In this document: positions 8,295 to 18,193 of the stretch, piece by piece
Numbering within the stretch: position 1 is the first letter of the stretch
How the letters are laid out: each line of letters starts with the position of its first letter
Assembly: GCA_017454945.1 (NCBI GenBank)
Contig: JAFTCA010000010.1
Span: forward strand, 161,619 to 225,618
From: Bacteroidales bacterium
GTDB lineage: Bacteria > Bacteroidota > Bacteroidia > Bacteroidales > WCHB1-69
Length of the DNA stretch: 64,000 bases
Direction of reading: 5' to 3'
The notes under the pieces: model-generated
The model's input: the letters and a program-made list of their open reading frames with translations, nothing else
Told to the model about the DNA's origin: nothing
Database searches by the model: none
Position numbers and translations under genes: made by a program

Positions 8295-8355
8295 CAAATT
8301 TAACCTCGAAAAAATAATATTGTCTAATAGGAAATTACTTTAAAACATTATACCA

Positions 8356-9819
8356 ATGAAAAAAATTGCTGTTTCACTCTGCCTTATCTTAGCAGGTCTG
8401 CTTGTCAGCGCACAAACACCCTGCGGTTTTAAGTATGGTAAAACCCCCGAAGACTCACTGAAATGTCTGGAGCAAATCAGTCAGTTCCGCGTGTTCTACG
8501 ACCAGAAAAACTATGCCGACGCCTATCCGTCATGGCAATATATCGTTGAACACTGCCCCTGCTCATGGGACGGCGTTTTCACATACGCTCAGACTATGTT
8601 CGACAACCTCATTAAAGTGGAAAAAGACTCCGCCAAGAAAGAGATGTTGATTGATGAGTTAATCAACTCGTATCAAATCAGATACCAATACTTTCCCAAG
8701 AAATTCTCGGAAGGTAACGGTCTAGGCTTCATGTCTTTCAACGAGTATCGCTACAGAATCAAAGATTACTTGAGCAACAAAAAGTATGACAAGATTGAGG
8801 CTATGTACAACAGGTATGTGAAATCCATCGAGTTGGATAAGGAGAACACCCAGCCGGCTTTGTGGGATACCTACTTTATCGTAGCTGAAATCATGACTCA
8901 GATGAAGAAGGACACCACCATCATCATCGATGCTTACGAAAGAGCTACCGACTACATTGACGCCGCTGTGATCAACTGCTACAAGAAATATGAAAAGCAA
9001 CTGCCCAACTTCGAGAATTTGGAAGCCGCTTTCGCTAATAACCAAATCGACAAGATGGAGTATGACAAGCGTTTCAAACAGCTTTCAGCCGACACCGCCC
9101 GTCAGATGAAGCTCGTTAGCAACTACACCAAGACTCTCCGCAACATCGAGAACAAGTTCGCCCCCTACGCACCTTGCAGCGTACTTGAGAAAGTATATGC
9201 CAAGAAGTTGGATGCCAACAAGGACAACATCGCCGTGCTGAAGAAGATTGTGGCCACCATGAGCAAGAACAACTGCATCATGTCGCCCGTATTCAGCGAA
9301 GCATTGGAAATTGTTCACAAACAAGAACCCGGTGCACAGAGTGCCTATCTGATGGGTAACTTCTCCATCATGCACAACAAGGATTACGACAAGGCCATCG
9401 AGTACTACAAGGAAGCCATCAGCTTGTACGAGACCAACGAACAGAAGGTGGATCCTTACTATATGTTAGGTCTGGCCTACATGGGCAAGGGCAACTATGT
9501 TGAAGCAAGAGCCGCCGCCTTGGCAGCCATCAAGATTAAACCCAACTGCGGTAAGGCATATATCCTGATTGGCGACCTCTACGCTTCATCAGGCAGCCGT
9601 TGCTCGGGTGGTGACGAAGTTCCTGGCGCTTACGCTTGGGCCGCTGCCGACAAATACGCCCGCGCTGCCTCAGTTGACCCGTCGGTTGCTGAAGACGCCG
9701 CCGCCAAACGCGCCAAACTGCCTGGCGTTTCTGGCGAAGAGAAATTCAAGAGAGGTCTTAAATCCGGTGACTCCTACCACGTAGGCTGCTGGATCCAAGA
9801 AAATACTACCGTTAGATAA
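8356..9819 (+). CDS. Tetratricopeptide-repeat protein, secreted
   Basis: Signal peptide. TPR-like helical repeats, for example AIEYYKEAISLYETNEQKVDPYYMLGLAYMGKGNYVEARAAALAAIKIKPNCGKAY. Confidence 0.7.
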   Translation: MKKIAVSLCLILAGLLVSAQTPCGFKYGKTPEDSLKCLEQISQFRVFYDQKNYADAYPSWQYIVEHCPCSWDGVFTYAQTMFDNLIKVEKDSAKKEMLIDELINSYQIRYQYFPKKFSEGNGLGFMSFNEYRYRIKDYLSNKKYDKIEAMYNRYVKSIELDKENTQPALWDTYFIVAEIMTQMKKDTTIIIDAYERATDYIDAAVINCYKKYEKQLPNFENLEAAFANNQIDKMEYDKRFKQLSADTARQMKLVSNYTKTLRNIENKFAPYAPCSVLEKVYAKKLDANKDNIAVLKKIVATMSKNNCIMSPVFSEALEIVHKQEPGAQSAYLMGNFSIMHNKDYDKAIEYYKEAISLYETNEQKVDPYYMLGLAYMGKGNYVEARAAALAAIKIKPNCGKAYILIGDLYASSGSRCSGGDEVPGAYAWAAADKYARAASVDPSVAEDAAAKRAKLPGVSGEEKFKRGLKSGDSYHVGCWIQENTTVR

Positions 9820-9845
9820 TCTATTCTCACACAAAGAATAAAATT

Positions 9846-10397
9846 ATGAAAACCCTGAAGAACACCATGCTGGCACTGCTCTGCGTGGTGTTCTTTGTTT
9901 CTTGTCGCGACAGTTTCAAGACGGTCTCAAGAATGGACTACCACGGCAAATACCCCGACGAGTCGGCCACCGATATGGAATTGATTTTCAGCGATTCGGG
10001 TATCATCAACTACATTATTGAAATACCTCTGCTCAACAAATATATGGGCAAAAACGCCTATATGGACTGTCCAAAAGGGATTACCATCACCTCCTACACC
10101 GAAGATGGGGAACCTCAGTCGCGACTGACTGCCGACTACGCCATCAGCTACGAAAATGACATGCGTATGGAGGCCTCCAAGAATGTGGTCATCACCGACC
10201 TCATCAAGAACGAATCCATTGAAACAGAACAAATTATCTGGGATAAAAAGAAACGGCGAATCTTCTCCAATGTAGAGGTTTGCCAAAAGAAAGCCGACGG
10301 CACCATCAACTATGGTGATGGCTTCGACGCCGATGAACGATTCACCAAATATTCCGTGCGAAACCCACGGGGTGAAATGTTAGCCCAAGACCTTTAG
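9846..10397 (+). CDS. lptC: LPS export periplasmic protein LptC-like lipoprotein
   Basis: 183 aa with lipobox FVSC. The OstA/LptC-like pattern and the coaX-OMP-TPR-LptC context are typical of Bacteroidales. Confidence 0.6.
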   Translation: MKTLKNTMLALLCVVFFVSCRDSFKTVSRMDYHGKYPDESATDMELIFSDSGIINYIIEIPLLNKYMGKNAYMDCPKGITITSYTEDGEPQSRLTADYAISYENDMRMEASKNVVITDLIKNESIETEQIIWDKKKRRIFSNVEVCQKKADGTINYGDGFDADERFTKYSVRNPRGEMLAQDL

Positions 10398-10606
10398 CGG
10401 CACTCAATGCCCGTCTTTACGCCTTCCACTTCTTTATAAGTATTCATATCTGAACAAGTTTTGTAGTAATCCTTGTCCAGTTCTATCTCATATTCATCAC
10501 CGGCCACGCCCACTGTCCAGGCCTTACAGGTGCAGTTTTTCACGCAAGAGGTCGAAAGGGCGGCTACAAGGCAGAATGCTGCCAACAAACAAAAAGTTTT
10601 CTTCAT
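10394..10606 (-). CDS. Small Cys-rich lipoprotein (paralog 1)
   Basis: MKKTFCLLAAFCLVAALSTSC then VKNCTCKAW...YKTCSDMNTY...GIECR. Paralogous to 10675-10893. Confidence 0.7.
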   Translation of the reverse strand: MKKTFCLLAAFCLVAALSTSCVKNCTCKAWTVGVAGDEYEIELDKDYYKTCSDMNTYKEVEGVKTGIECR

Positions 10607-10621
10607 ACGAACGGTTTTAAG

Positions 10622-10654
10622 CAAAAACAGGGCAACCCGAAGATTGCCCTGTTT
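10622..10654 (-). terminator. Intrinsic terminator between the two small lipoprotein genes
   Basis: CAGGGCAA (10628-10635) pairs with TTGCCCTG (10644-10651), followed by a T-run on the minus strand. Confidence 0.65.
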
Positions 10655-10674
10655 GATGTTGGTTTAGCTTAGAA

Positions 10675-10893
10675 TTATTTGCATTCCAAACCAGTTTTGT
10701 TTTGACCATTGTCATCAGTAACGAAGGTGTTCATATCAGAACATTTTTTGTAGGTGTCTTTGTCCAGTTCTACTTCATCTGTTCTCAAAACAACGCCTGC
10801 TGCATAGGTTTTGCAGGTGCATTTTTTGTTGCAAGAAGTGGTGAAAGCTGCAACGCAAGCTACGAGAGCTAAAATTCCAATGATTCTTTTCAT
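10675..10893 (-). CDS. Small Cys-rich lipoprotein (paralog 2)
   Basis: MKRIIGILALVACVAAFTTSC then NKKCTCKTY...YKKCSDMNTF...GLECK. Confidence 0.7.
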   Translation of the reverse strand: MKRIIGILALVACVAAFTTSCNKKCTCKTYAAGVVLRTDEVELDKDTYKKCSDMNTFVTDDNGQNKTGLECK

Positions 10894-11067
10894 AACTTTA
10901 AAATTTTATATGGTTAATTAATTAAGGACTTCCTTATTTCTTTTATGCTACAGTTGTGAAGTCCACGACAGACTGTAACATATTATTTAACTTGCAAAAT
11001 TAAAATTAATTGTTCAATATCTCAACCTAAAAAAAGTTAATTTTGTAATTACTTGATTTTAAGTTGA

Positions 11068-13794
11068 TTATTTTGAAGCCTTGATGGCGGCTTGAGAAGC
11101 GGCCAGACGGGCAACGGGAACGCGGAACGGCGAGCAGGATACGTAGGTCATGCCAGCTTTGTAGAAGAATTCTACAGAAGCGGGGTCACCACCATGTTCA
11201 CCGCAAACACCCACTTTCAGTTTGGGGTTGGTGCCACGACCACGTTGAACGCCCAGTTTAACCAATTGACCCACACCTTCTTGGTCGAGAGTGTTGAACG
11301 GGTCGGCCGGGATAATCTTACCATCGATGTAAGTATGAACAATGGTGTTCACATCGTCGCGCGAGAAGCCGAGCGTCATCTGGGTAAGGTCGTTGGTGCC
11401 GAATGAGAAGAACTGTGCCACCTCAGCAATCTTGTCGGCCACGAGGGTAGCGCGCGGGATTTCGATCATCGTACCATACAGGTAGTCGATCTTCACACCG
11501 TAAGCGGCTTCTACTTTGGCCTTTACATCTTCGATGATAGCTTTCTGATGTTTCAACTCATCTACGCAGATGGTCAGAGGCACCATAATTTCGAGGTGAG
11601 GATGATAGTTTTCCTTCATCAGTTCGGCCGTAGCTTCAAACAAAGCCTTGGCTTGGATTTCGGTGATTTCGGGATAAACAATGCCCAGACGAACACCACG
11701 GAGACCCATCATCGGGTTCACTTCGTGCAGACCTTCGATACGATGTTTCAGTTCTTCAAAGTCCATACCACGTTCTTTGGCCAGTTCACGTTGTTTATCT
11801 TCAGTTTGAGGAACAAATTCGTGCAATGGGGGGTCCATCAAACGGAAAGTGAGCGGCTTGCCGTCCATCACTTTCAGCGTGCCCTTGGCAGCCTCTTTGA
11901 TGTAGGGTTCCAGTTCGTTCAAGGCGGCTACGCGCTCTGCCTTGTTGCCAGCCACGATCATATTACGCAGCTTAGCCAGAGGCTCTTCGCTGTTTTCGCC
12001 ATAGAACATGTGTTCGATACGGAACAGGCCGATACCTTCAGCGCCGAAGTTGATAGCGTTCTGTGCATCTTGCGGTGTGTCGGCGTTGGTGTGGACACCC
12101 ATGGTGCGATACTTGTCAACCAGTGCCATAAACTCTTGGAAGCGCGGATTTTCGGTTGCGTCAATCATGTTGACTTTCTCATCATAAACCCAGCCTTTCG
12201 AGCCGTTCAAGCTCAGCACATCACCTTCCTTGTAGGTCTTGCCGGCGATGGTTACCGTACGGCTGTTCATATCGATTTCGATGGCCTCGCAACCAACGAT
12301 GCAGCACTTGCCCCAGCCACGAGCCACGAGGGCGGCGTGAGAGGTCATACCACCGCGGGCGGTCAGAATACCGGTTGCCGAGCGCATACCTTCCACATCT
12401 TCGGGATTGGTTTCCTCACGAACGAGGATGTTCTTGATTTTCTTTTCAGTGTAAGTTTTAGAAGTTTCGCTGTCGAGGGCAATCACACCTACGGCACCGC
12501 CAGGACCTGCGGGCAGACCTTTAGCGATAACCTGATGTTTCTTCTCGTCTGCGGCATCCAAAATGGGGTGCAGCAGCTCGTCGAGCTGAGCGGGAGAGAG
12601 GCGGAGAACCACTTCCTTCTCATCGATGCGGCCTTCGTGCAGCATGTCGAGAGCCATATTCAGGGCAGCTACGCCGGTGCGTTTGCCCACACGGCATTGC
12701 AACATATAGAGCTTGCCTTCCTGAATGGTAAACTCGATGTCGAGCATATCTTTGTAATTGTCTTCCAAGATGGTACGAACATTGCACAATTCCTTGTAGG
12801 TGTCGGGCATCAGCTCTTGCAGCGAATGCATGTGCTTGTTCTGTTCGTTCTTGGTATCATCGTTCAGCGGGTTGGGGGTACGGATACCGGCCACCACGTC
12901 TTCACCTTGGGCATTTACCAGCCATTCGCCATAGAACTGGTTGTCGCCGGTGGCGGGATTTCGGGTGAAAGCCACACCAGTAGCTGAGTTTTCGCCCATA
13001 TTACCAAATACCATCGTTTGTACGTTTACGGCTGTTCCCCAATCATCGGGAATACCTTCGATACGACGGTAGGAGATGGCTTTCTTACCATTCCAGCTTT
13101 TGAACACGGCTTTGATACCGCCTTCGAGTTGTGCCTTGGCGTCATCGGGGAATTCGGTACCCAGCACTTCTTTCACTTTCTTCTTGAAGGCCTCGGCCAG
13201 ATCTTTCAGCTCTTCGGCCTTGATTTCTGTATCGCTCTTGTAGCCTCTGTTTTTCTTAAACTCATCCAGCATGTCATCCAGCTGTTTGCGGATACCTTTG
13301 CCATCGGCGGGCTCAATGCCTTCGGCTTTTTCCATAACCACGTCGGCATACATCATAATCAGACGACGGTAGGAGTCGTAAACGAAGCGGGGATTGTTGG
13401 TTTTCTTAATCAATCCGGGGATGGTTTTCGAGCAGAGACCGATGTTAAGTACGGTATCCATCATGCCGGGCATGGAGCTGCGGGCACCCGAACGGCAAGA
13501 GATCAGAAGAGGATTCTCGGCATCGTCATATTTCATGCCCATGATGTTTTCCACATTCTTCATGCCCTTCCAAACCTCGTCCATCAGACCTGCAGGGAGT
13601 TGGCAATTGTTTGCATAATAAGCTGTACAACATTCAGTTGTAATTGTCAGACCTGCGGGCACTGGCAAGCCAAGGTGACACATTTCAGCAAGGTTGGCAC
13701 CTTTACCGCCCAATAAATTCTTCATGTCTGCTCTGCCTTCCGCGGTCTTGCCGCCGAAAGAATACACATACTTTACTTCTTTCATAGTTTTCAA
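11068..13794 (-). CDS. ppdK: Pyruvate, phosphate dikinase
   Basis: 908 aa with an N-terminal ...LLGGKGANLAEM..., the GGMTSHAALVARGWGK phospho-His loop and a C-terminal PEP-utilising domain. Confidence 0.97.
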   Translation of the reverse strand: MKTMKEVKYVYSFGGKTAEGRADMKNLLGGKGANLAEMCHLGLPVPAGLTITTECCTAYYANNCQLPAGLMDEVWKGMKNVENIMGMKYDDAENPLLISCRSGARSSMPGMMDTVLNIGLCSKTIPGLIKKTNNPRFVYDSYRRLIMMYADVVMEKAEGIEPADGKGIRKQLDDMLDEFKKNRGYKSDTEIKAEELKDLAEAFKKKVKEVLGTEFPDDAKAQLEGGIKAVFKSWNGKKAISYRRIEGIPDDWGTAVNVQTMVFGNMGENSATGVAFTRNPATGDNQFYGEWLVNAQGEDVVAGIRTPNPLNDDTKNEQNKHMHSLQELMPDTYKELCNVRTILEDNYKDMLDIEFTIQEGKLYMLQCRVGKRTGVAALNMALDMLHEGRIDEKEVVLRLSPAQLDELLHPILDAADEKKHQVIAKGLPAGPGGAVGVIALDSETSKTYTEKKIKNILVREETNPEDVEGMRSATGILTARGGMTSHAALVARGWGKCCIVGCEAIEIDMNSRTVTIAGKTYKEGDVLSLNGSKGWVYDEKVNMIDATENPRFQEFMALVDKYRTMGVHTNADTPQDAQNAINFGAEGIGLFRIEHMFYGENSEEPLAKLRNMIVAGNKAERVAALNELEPYIKEAAKGTLKVMDGKPLTFRLMDPPLHEFVPQTEDKQRELAKERGMDFEELKHRIEGLHEVNPMMGLRGVRLGIVYPEITEIQAKALFEATAELMKENYHPHLEIMVPLTICVDELKHQKAIIEDVKAKVEAAYGVKIDYLYGTMIEIPRATLVADKIAEVAQFFSFGTNDLTQMTLGFSRDDVNTIVHTYIDGKIIPADPFNTLDQEGVGQLVKLGVQRGRGTNPKLKVGVCGEHGGDPASVEFFYKAGMTYVSCSPFRVPVARLAASQAAIKASK

Positions 13795-13835
13795 ATTTTA
13801 TATTCTAATTTTCGTTTATTTATTTCTATATCAAG

Positions 13836-13877
13836 CAAAAATCCGTTCTCGCATTGTACGAGCACGGATTCTTTTTG
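13836..13877 (-). terminator. Terminator after folD (hairpin is usable on both strands)
   Basis: AATCCGT.CTCG ... CGAG.ACGGATT, flanked by an A-run and a T-run. Confidence 0.6.
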
Positions 13878-13879
13878 TT

Positions 13880-14773
13880 TCACATAATTTTCTTTAAAGT
13901 TTTCTCGTTTTTTCGCTGGTACGCCGTCATCACATTCAGCAGCAGGCATACCATTGTCATAGGACCTACGCCACCCGGCACGGGCGTAATGGCCGAGCAC
14001 TTCTTCGCCACCTCGTCGAACTTCACGTCGCCGCACAGGCGGTAGCCCTTTTCGGTAGAAGCATCCTGCACGCGGTGCATGCCGATATCCATCACTACGG
14101 CATCTTTCTTCACATAGTCGGCGGTAATCATTTCGGGCTTGCCGATGGCCACGCAGAGGATGTCGGCTTGCGAGCAGATCTCTTTCAGATTCTGCGTACG
14201 GCTATGGCAAACGGTGACCGTGGCATTGTGCTCTTTGTCGGCCAGCAGCAGCGCCAGCGGTTTGCCCACAATGTTGCTACGACCAATAATCACGCAGTGC
14301 TTCCCTTCGGTTTCGATATCCGAGCGCTTCAGTAACTCCACAGTTCCGTGCGGTGTGGCGGGTACAAAGCACTCTTTGCCCAGCATCAGGTTGCCGCTGT
14401 TGATGGGGTGCATGCCGTCCATATCCTTCTTCGGGTCGATGGCAGCGATGATGTTGTCGGTTGAAATCTGCTTGGGCAGAGGCAGTTGGATGATGTAACC
14501 GTCGATTTCATCATCCTTATTCAAGAAGTTAATCACTTTCAGCAATTCTGCCTCATCAATGGTAGAAGAAAACTGATAAACCGAAGAGATATAGCCCACC
14601 TCTTTGCAAGTTCTTTCGATACTTTCCACGTATGTTCTGGAAGCGCCGTCCTCACCCACGATAACAGCAGCCAGATGCGGTGCCGGAAGATTATGGTCCA
14701 GCAATTGCTTTACCTTTAGCGCGATTTCGGCCTTGACATCACTTGCAACCTGTTTTCCATCAATTAGTTTCAT
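13880..14773 (-). CDS. folD: Bifunctional methylenetetrahydrofolate dehydrogenase/cyclohydrolase
   Basis: MKLIDGKQVA...YV(E)S..K.C.EVG and GRSNIVGKPLALLL motifs. Confidence 0.95.
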   Translation of the reverse strand: MKLIDGKQVASDVKAEIALKVKQLLDHNLPAPHLAAVIVGEDGASRTYVESIERTCKEVGYISSVYQFSSTIDEAELLKVINFLNKDDEIDGYIIQLPLPKQISTDNIIAAIDPKKDMDGMHPINSGNLMLGKECFVPATPHGTVELLKRSDIETEGKHCVIIGRSNIVGKPLALLLADKEHNATVTVCHSRTQNLKEICSQADILCVAIGKPEMITADYVKKDAVVMDIGMHRVQDASTEKGYRLCGDVKFDEVAKKCSAITPVPGGVGPMTMVCLLLNVMTAYQRKNEKTLKKIM

Positions 14774-14979
14774 AGAGAGCGAATTATTAAACCCGCTTTA
14801 GAAAGGGGATTTTCTTCAGCGTTGTAAATCAGTTCTTTAAGGTTATTTTTAATCTCCGATAAGAGTTCTGAGATTAAACGACAAAAATACAAAAAATTAT
14901 TTTTCAATAATTATTCCCTTTTTTTGAAAAAAACTTCGAATAATTTCATCTTACTATTCCGAGCGGTGAAAAAATGTTG

Positions 14980-14987
14980 TATCTTTG
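14980..14987 (+). promoter_or_regulatory. -7 box TATCTTTG upstream of metK
   Basis: Exact TAnnTTTG. It implies a leader of about 125 nt. Confidence 0.55.
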
Positions 14988-15117
14988 CCGCACGAAAAAG
15001 GACGGTGGACAAATTTGTAATGATTGCAACCACTTTAAAAAATGCTAAACCATTTCAAGTTTTCCCCTGCACCTTTCGTTAAACACCTAATTATCAACAA
15101 TAAAACTTTATTGTACT

Positions 15118-16401
15118 ATGAGTTATTTATTCACATCTGAATCAGTTTCGGAAGGTCATCCCGACAAAGTCAGCGACCAAATTTCTGACGGTTTACTTGA
15201 TGCTTTTCTGGCTCAGGACCCTGAGTCGAAGGTGGCTTGCGAGACTTTGGTGACTACAGGACTGGTAGTGTGCGCTGGGGAGGTCAACACCCACGGTTTT
15301 GTATCCATTGACGATGTTGCCCGAAAGATTATCACCAGGATCGGATATACCAAAAGCGACTATCAGTTTGATGCCAAGTCGTGCGCCGTCATTTCGTCTA
15401 TACACAACCAATCGTCGGACATCAACCAAGGGGTGGTGCGCCAAACTGCCGAGGAGCAGGGTGCCGGCGACCAGGGCATGATGTTCGGCTATGCATGCAA
15501 GGAGATGGACAACTTCATGCCCATCACTATTGAAATTGCCCACATCATTCTGCAAGAACTGGCGGCCATCCGCCGTGAAGGCAAGGTGATGACCTATCTG
15601 CGCCCTGATGCCAAGTCGCAGGTAACACTGCAATACTCTGATGACGGCAAGCCCGAACGTATTGACGCTTTGGTGGTTTCGACACAGCACGACGATTTTG
15701 ATGAAGAAGGCAAGATGCTGGCCAAAATCAAGGAAGACGTGCGCAACATTCTGTTGCCGAGAGTAATAGCACAATGCCCCGACAAGGTGAAGGTGCTTTT
15801 CAACTCCGACTTTAAGTTGCATGTCAACCCGACAGGCAAGTTTGTCATTGGCGGACCGCACGGCGACACGGGGCTCACGGGCCGCAAAATCATCGTGGAC
15901 ACCTACGGTGGCAAGGGAGCCCACGGCGGTGGCGCCTTCTCGGGCAAAGATCCGTCGAAGGTGGACCGCTCGGCGGCTTACGCTGCACGCCACATTGCCA
16001 AGAACATGGTGGCTGCCGGCCTTTGCGACGAGGTTCTGGTGCAAGTGGCTTACGCCATCGGCGTAGCCGAGCCTGTTGGCCTCTATGTCAACACCTACGG
16101 CACTGCCAAGGTGAACATGAGCGACGGCGAGATTGCCAAACGCATTTCCACCATTTTCGATATGCGTCCTTACGCCATCATCAAGCGGTTCAACCTCAAG
16201 AACCCTATCTACGAACCGACGGCATCGTATGGTCACTTTGGCCGCGACTGCTACGAAAAGGAAGTGGAAGTGTTCTATCAGGATGAAAACACCCGCACTG
16301 TCAATGAAAACGGCAAGGAGCGCCACTTCAAGAAAGTGACTTTCTTTGGCTGGGAAAAACTGGATTATGTAGATAAGATTAAAGAAAAATTTGGGTTGTA
16401 A
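15118..16401 (+). CDS. metK: S-adenosylmethionine synthetase
   Basis: [24 protein letters not shown]..., [21 protein letters not shown]. Confidence 0.98.
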   Translation: MSYLFTSESVSEGHPDKVSDQISDGLLDAFLAQDPESKVACETLVTTGLVVCAGEVNTHGFVSIDDVARKIITRIGYTKSDYQFDAKSCAVISSIHNQSSDINQGVVRQTAEEQGAGDQGMMFGYACKEMDNFMPITIEIAHIILQELAAIRREGKVMTYLRPDAKSQVTLQYSDDGKPERIDALVVSTQHDDFDEEGKMLAKIKEDVRNILLPRVIAQCPDKVKVLFNSDFKLHVNPTGKFVIGGPHGDTGLTGRKIIVDTYGGKGAHGGGAFSGKDPSKVDRSAAYAARHIAKNMVAAGLCDEVLVQVAYAIGVAEPVGLYVNTYGTAKVNMSDGEIAKRISTIFDMRPYAIIKRFNLKNPIYEPTASYGHFGRDCYEKEVEVFYQDENTRTVNENGKERHFKKVTFFGWEKLDYVDKIKEKFGL

Positions 16402-16430
16402 TTAATTTTATTACAATCAATTAACCCTTT

Positions 16431-16465
16431 GTAGAGACGTTTCATGAAACGTCTCTACTTTTTTT
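16431..16465. terminator. Bidirectional terminator between metK and the radical-SAM operon
   Basis: Perfect 28-nt palindrome GTAGAGACGTTTCATGAAACGTCTCTAC followed by T7. It overlaps the last codons of the rSAM gene. Confidence 0.8.
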
Positions 16466-17543
16466 CTGTTAATGTCAGATATAGACACTCCTTCATGTTC
16501 TGGTTCTCGTCGCGGAGGTGCATACCACCGCCGAGGCAATATTTGAACACCTTGCAATCCTTGCAGGCGTCCTTGCGAGTCCATTCGCGGTTGCGGTACA
16601 TTTCGAAGCGCTTGTCCCACACTTCCCAGAAATCGTCTTTGTAGATGTTGCCCTGGTCATAGCGAGCGCGGATGCTGGTGCAGCCCGAGATGGCGCCATC
16701 GATACGGATACCCGCCACATTGACACCGGCGCCGCAATAGTAAAAATGATCACGAACTTCGGCTTCGTAGCCACCCAAGAAACCTTCGCAAGCAAAAGTG
16801 AGGTAAATCTCCTTCTCCTCACGGGTTTTCTTGATGAACTCAAGCAGCTCAACCGTTTGCTCGTGGTTGAGGAACATCGTCGGGTCTTCGGCGGCACGAC
16901 CCGATGGGAAGATGGTGAAAATGCGCCAATATTTCACACCACCGTCAATGAGGAAACGCTTCATGCGTTCCAAATCGCCGAAATTATGCTGGTTGACGCA
17001 GGTAACCACGTCATAAACCAAATCTTCCTCTTTGGAAATCATCTGGATGGCATTCCACGCCCTGTCGAAGCTCTGAGGATTGCCGCGGAAAGCGTTGTGC
17101 TGCTCAGCAAAACCGTCGAGGCTGACGGTAATGGAGTGCAGGCCAGCACGGAGCAGTGAGTCGAAGCGGGCGCGGTCGAGAGCCATGCCGTTGGTTACCA
17201 TACCCCACGGGTAGCCACGCTTATAGAGTTCAAGTCCCACATACTCAAGGTCTTTGCGCATCAAGGGCTCGCCGCCCGAAACCACAATCATCACCTTGTG
17301 CGGATCCACGTGCGGCGTGAGGGAATCGATAACGCGCAGGAAATCCTCGGCGGGCATGTCCTTGAACAACGACTCCTTACGGCAATCGCTGCCGCAGTGC
17401 TTGCACGCCAGGTTGCAACGCAGCGTACACTCCCAAAACAGTGTGTCGAGAGGGTGCTCTTTTACTTTTTGCTGATAGTACTTGGCAAACAGGTCGAGGG
17501 CTATCTTCTTACGCAGCCCAATTTTAGTGGCTTTGTTCTTCAT
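16455..17543 (-). CDS. Radical SAM/SPASM-domain enzyme (rSAM/lipoprotein-system type)
   Basis: CNLACKHC (CxxxCxxC) near the N-terminus and a Cys-rich SPASM-like C-terminus (CKDCKVFKYCLGGG). Its start overlaps the upstream small lipoprotein ORF by 20 nt. Confidence 0.85.
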   Translation of the reverse strand: MKNKATKIGLRKKIALDLFAKYYQQKVKEHPLDTLFWECTLRCNLACKHCGSDCRKESLFKDMPAEDFLRVIDSLTPHVDPHKVMIVVSGGEPLMRKDLEYVGLELYKRGYPWGMVTNGMALDRARFDSLLRAGLHSITVSLDGFAEQHNAFRGNPQSFDRAWNAIQMISKEEDLVYDVVTCVNQHNFGDLERMKRFLIDGGVKYWRIFTIFPSGRAAEDPTMFLNHEQTVELLEFIKKTREEKEIYLTFACEGFLGGYEAEVRDHFYYCGAGVNVAGIRIDGAISGCTSIRARYDQGNIYKDDFWEVWDKRFEMYRNREWTRKDACKDCKVFKYCLGGGMHLRDENQNMKECLYLTLTEKK

Positions 17544-17733
17544 CGTTCACAATCAAAGGTTGCTCCGTAGCGGCGGGATCAATTTGATGGATATTTTCTT
17601 TGTACTCGGCGGGGGCCACGCCGTACATCACACGGATATCTCCATCGCCATCCTCCTTATTACAGGAGACCATCATCGAAGAAAATCCCAACACACCGAT
17701 TAAAAATCGCAAAAATCTTTTTTTTGTTTTCAT
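17524..17733 (-). CDS. Small lipoprotein (69 aa), short paralog carrying only the YGxPxAxY motif
   Basis: Lipobox MMVSC followed by ...MYGVAPAEYKEN... Appears translationally coupled to the rSAM gene. Confidence 0.55.
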   Translation of the reverse strand: MKTKKRFLRFLIGVLGFSSMMVSCNKEDGDGDIRVMYGVAPAEYKENIHQIDPAATEQPLIVNDEEQSH

Positions 17734-17757
17734 GTTTTTTTTTGGAGTTAATATATT

Positions 17758-18174
17758 CTATTCGCTATCTTTCTTTTTCAAAATGAAATTGATTTCTTTG
17801 GTCAGCGTACCATAATCCCAATTGTCTCTTTTGTTTTCTTTTTTCATTTCATCACGTTCATACTTCAAATCTATTATCGCCGATTCAAAATCCCCTCCAT
17901 TTTCCTCGCCATCAATATCAGTTACTGCAACTCTAAGGGTTTGATATTCACCACCAATCTCTAACGATCCATGTGCTTGATAGTTTCCAGCGGCATCAGT
18001 GTACACCTTATTCCATTCGTTTCCTACTTGAACTTGAATATTGTTGATGGGTTGATTTTCCTCATCCATCACTTTTCCCGAAACTTTAAAGTCGGCATGA
18101 GGTGAGCCATAACAGGCCGTCAGGGTGACGCCCATGATGGGGAAAAGGAGCAGTAATATTTTTTTCAGTTTCAT
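17758..18174 (-). CDS. rSAM-associated lipoprotein (CarboxypepD_reg-like beta-sandwich)
   Basis: Lipobox LTAC followed by YGSPHADFKVSGKVMDEENQPI...TDAAGNY...TDIDGEENGGDF...GTLTKEINFILKKK. Confidence 0.8.
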   Translation of the reverse strand: MKLKKILLLLFPIMGVTLTACYGSPHADFKVSGKVMDEENQPINNIQVQVGNEWNKVYTDAAGNYQAHGSLEIGGEYQTLRVAVTDIDGEENGGDFESAIIDLKYERDEMKKENKRDNWDYGTLTKEINFILKKKDSE

Positions 18175-18193
18175 GATAATAATTTTTAAGAGG

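Noticed and set aside
11548-12987. Long plus-strand ORF (479 aa) inside ppdK. Other long antisense ORFs of the same kind are 13018-13716, 15193-16326 (377 aa, opposite metK), 16518-17159, 24376-25101, 39418-40488 (356 aa), 49369-50496 (375 aa), 57630-58523 and 60741-61385.
   Set aside because: Each lies entirely opposite a gene with unmistakable family motifs. Their translations are low-complexity (rich in G, V, H, A and L) with no recognisable domains. These are shadow ORFs produced by codon bias on the real strand.
16455-17543. Radical SAM gene as a HydE/HydG hydrogenase maturase.
   Set aside because: It has a SPASM-type C-terminal Cys cluster and is translationally coupled to lipoprotein genes. 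It lies 25 kb from hydA in a separate operon with its own promoter and terminator. It lacks the HydG/HydE-like architecture as far as I can judge.
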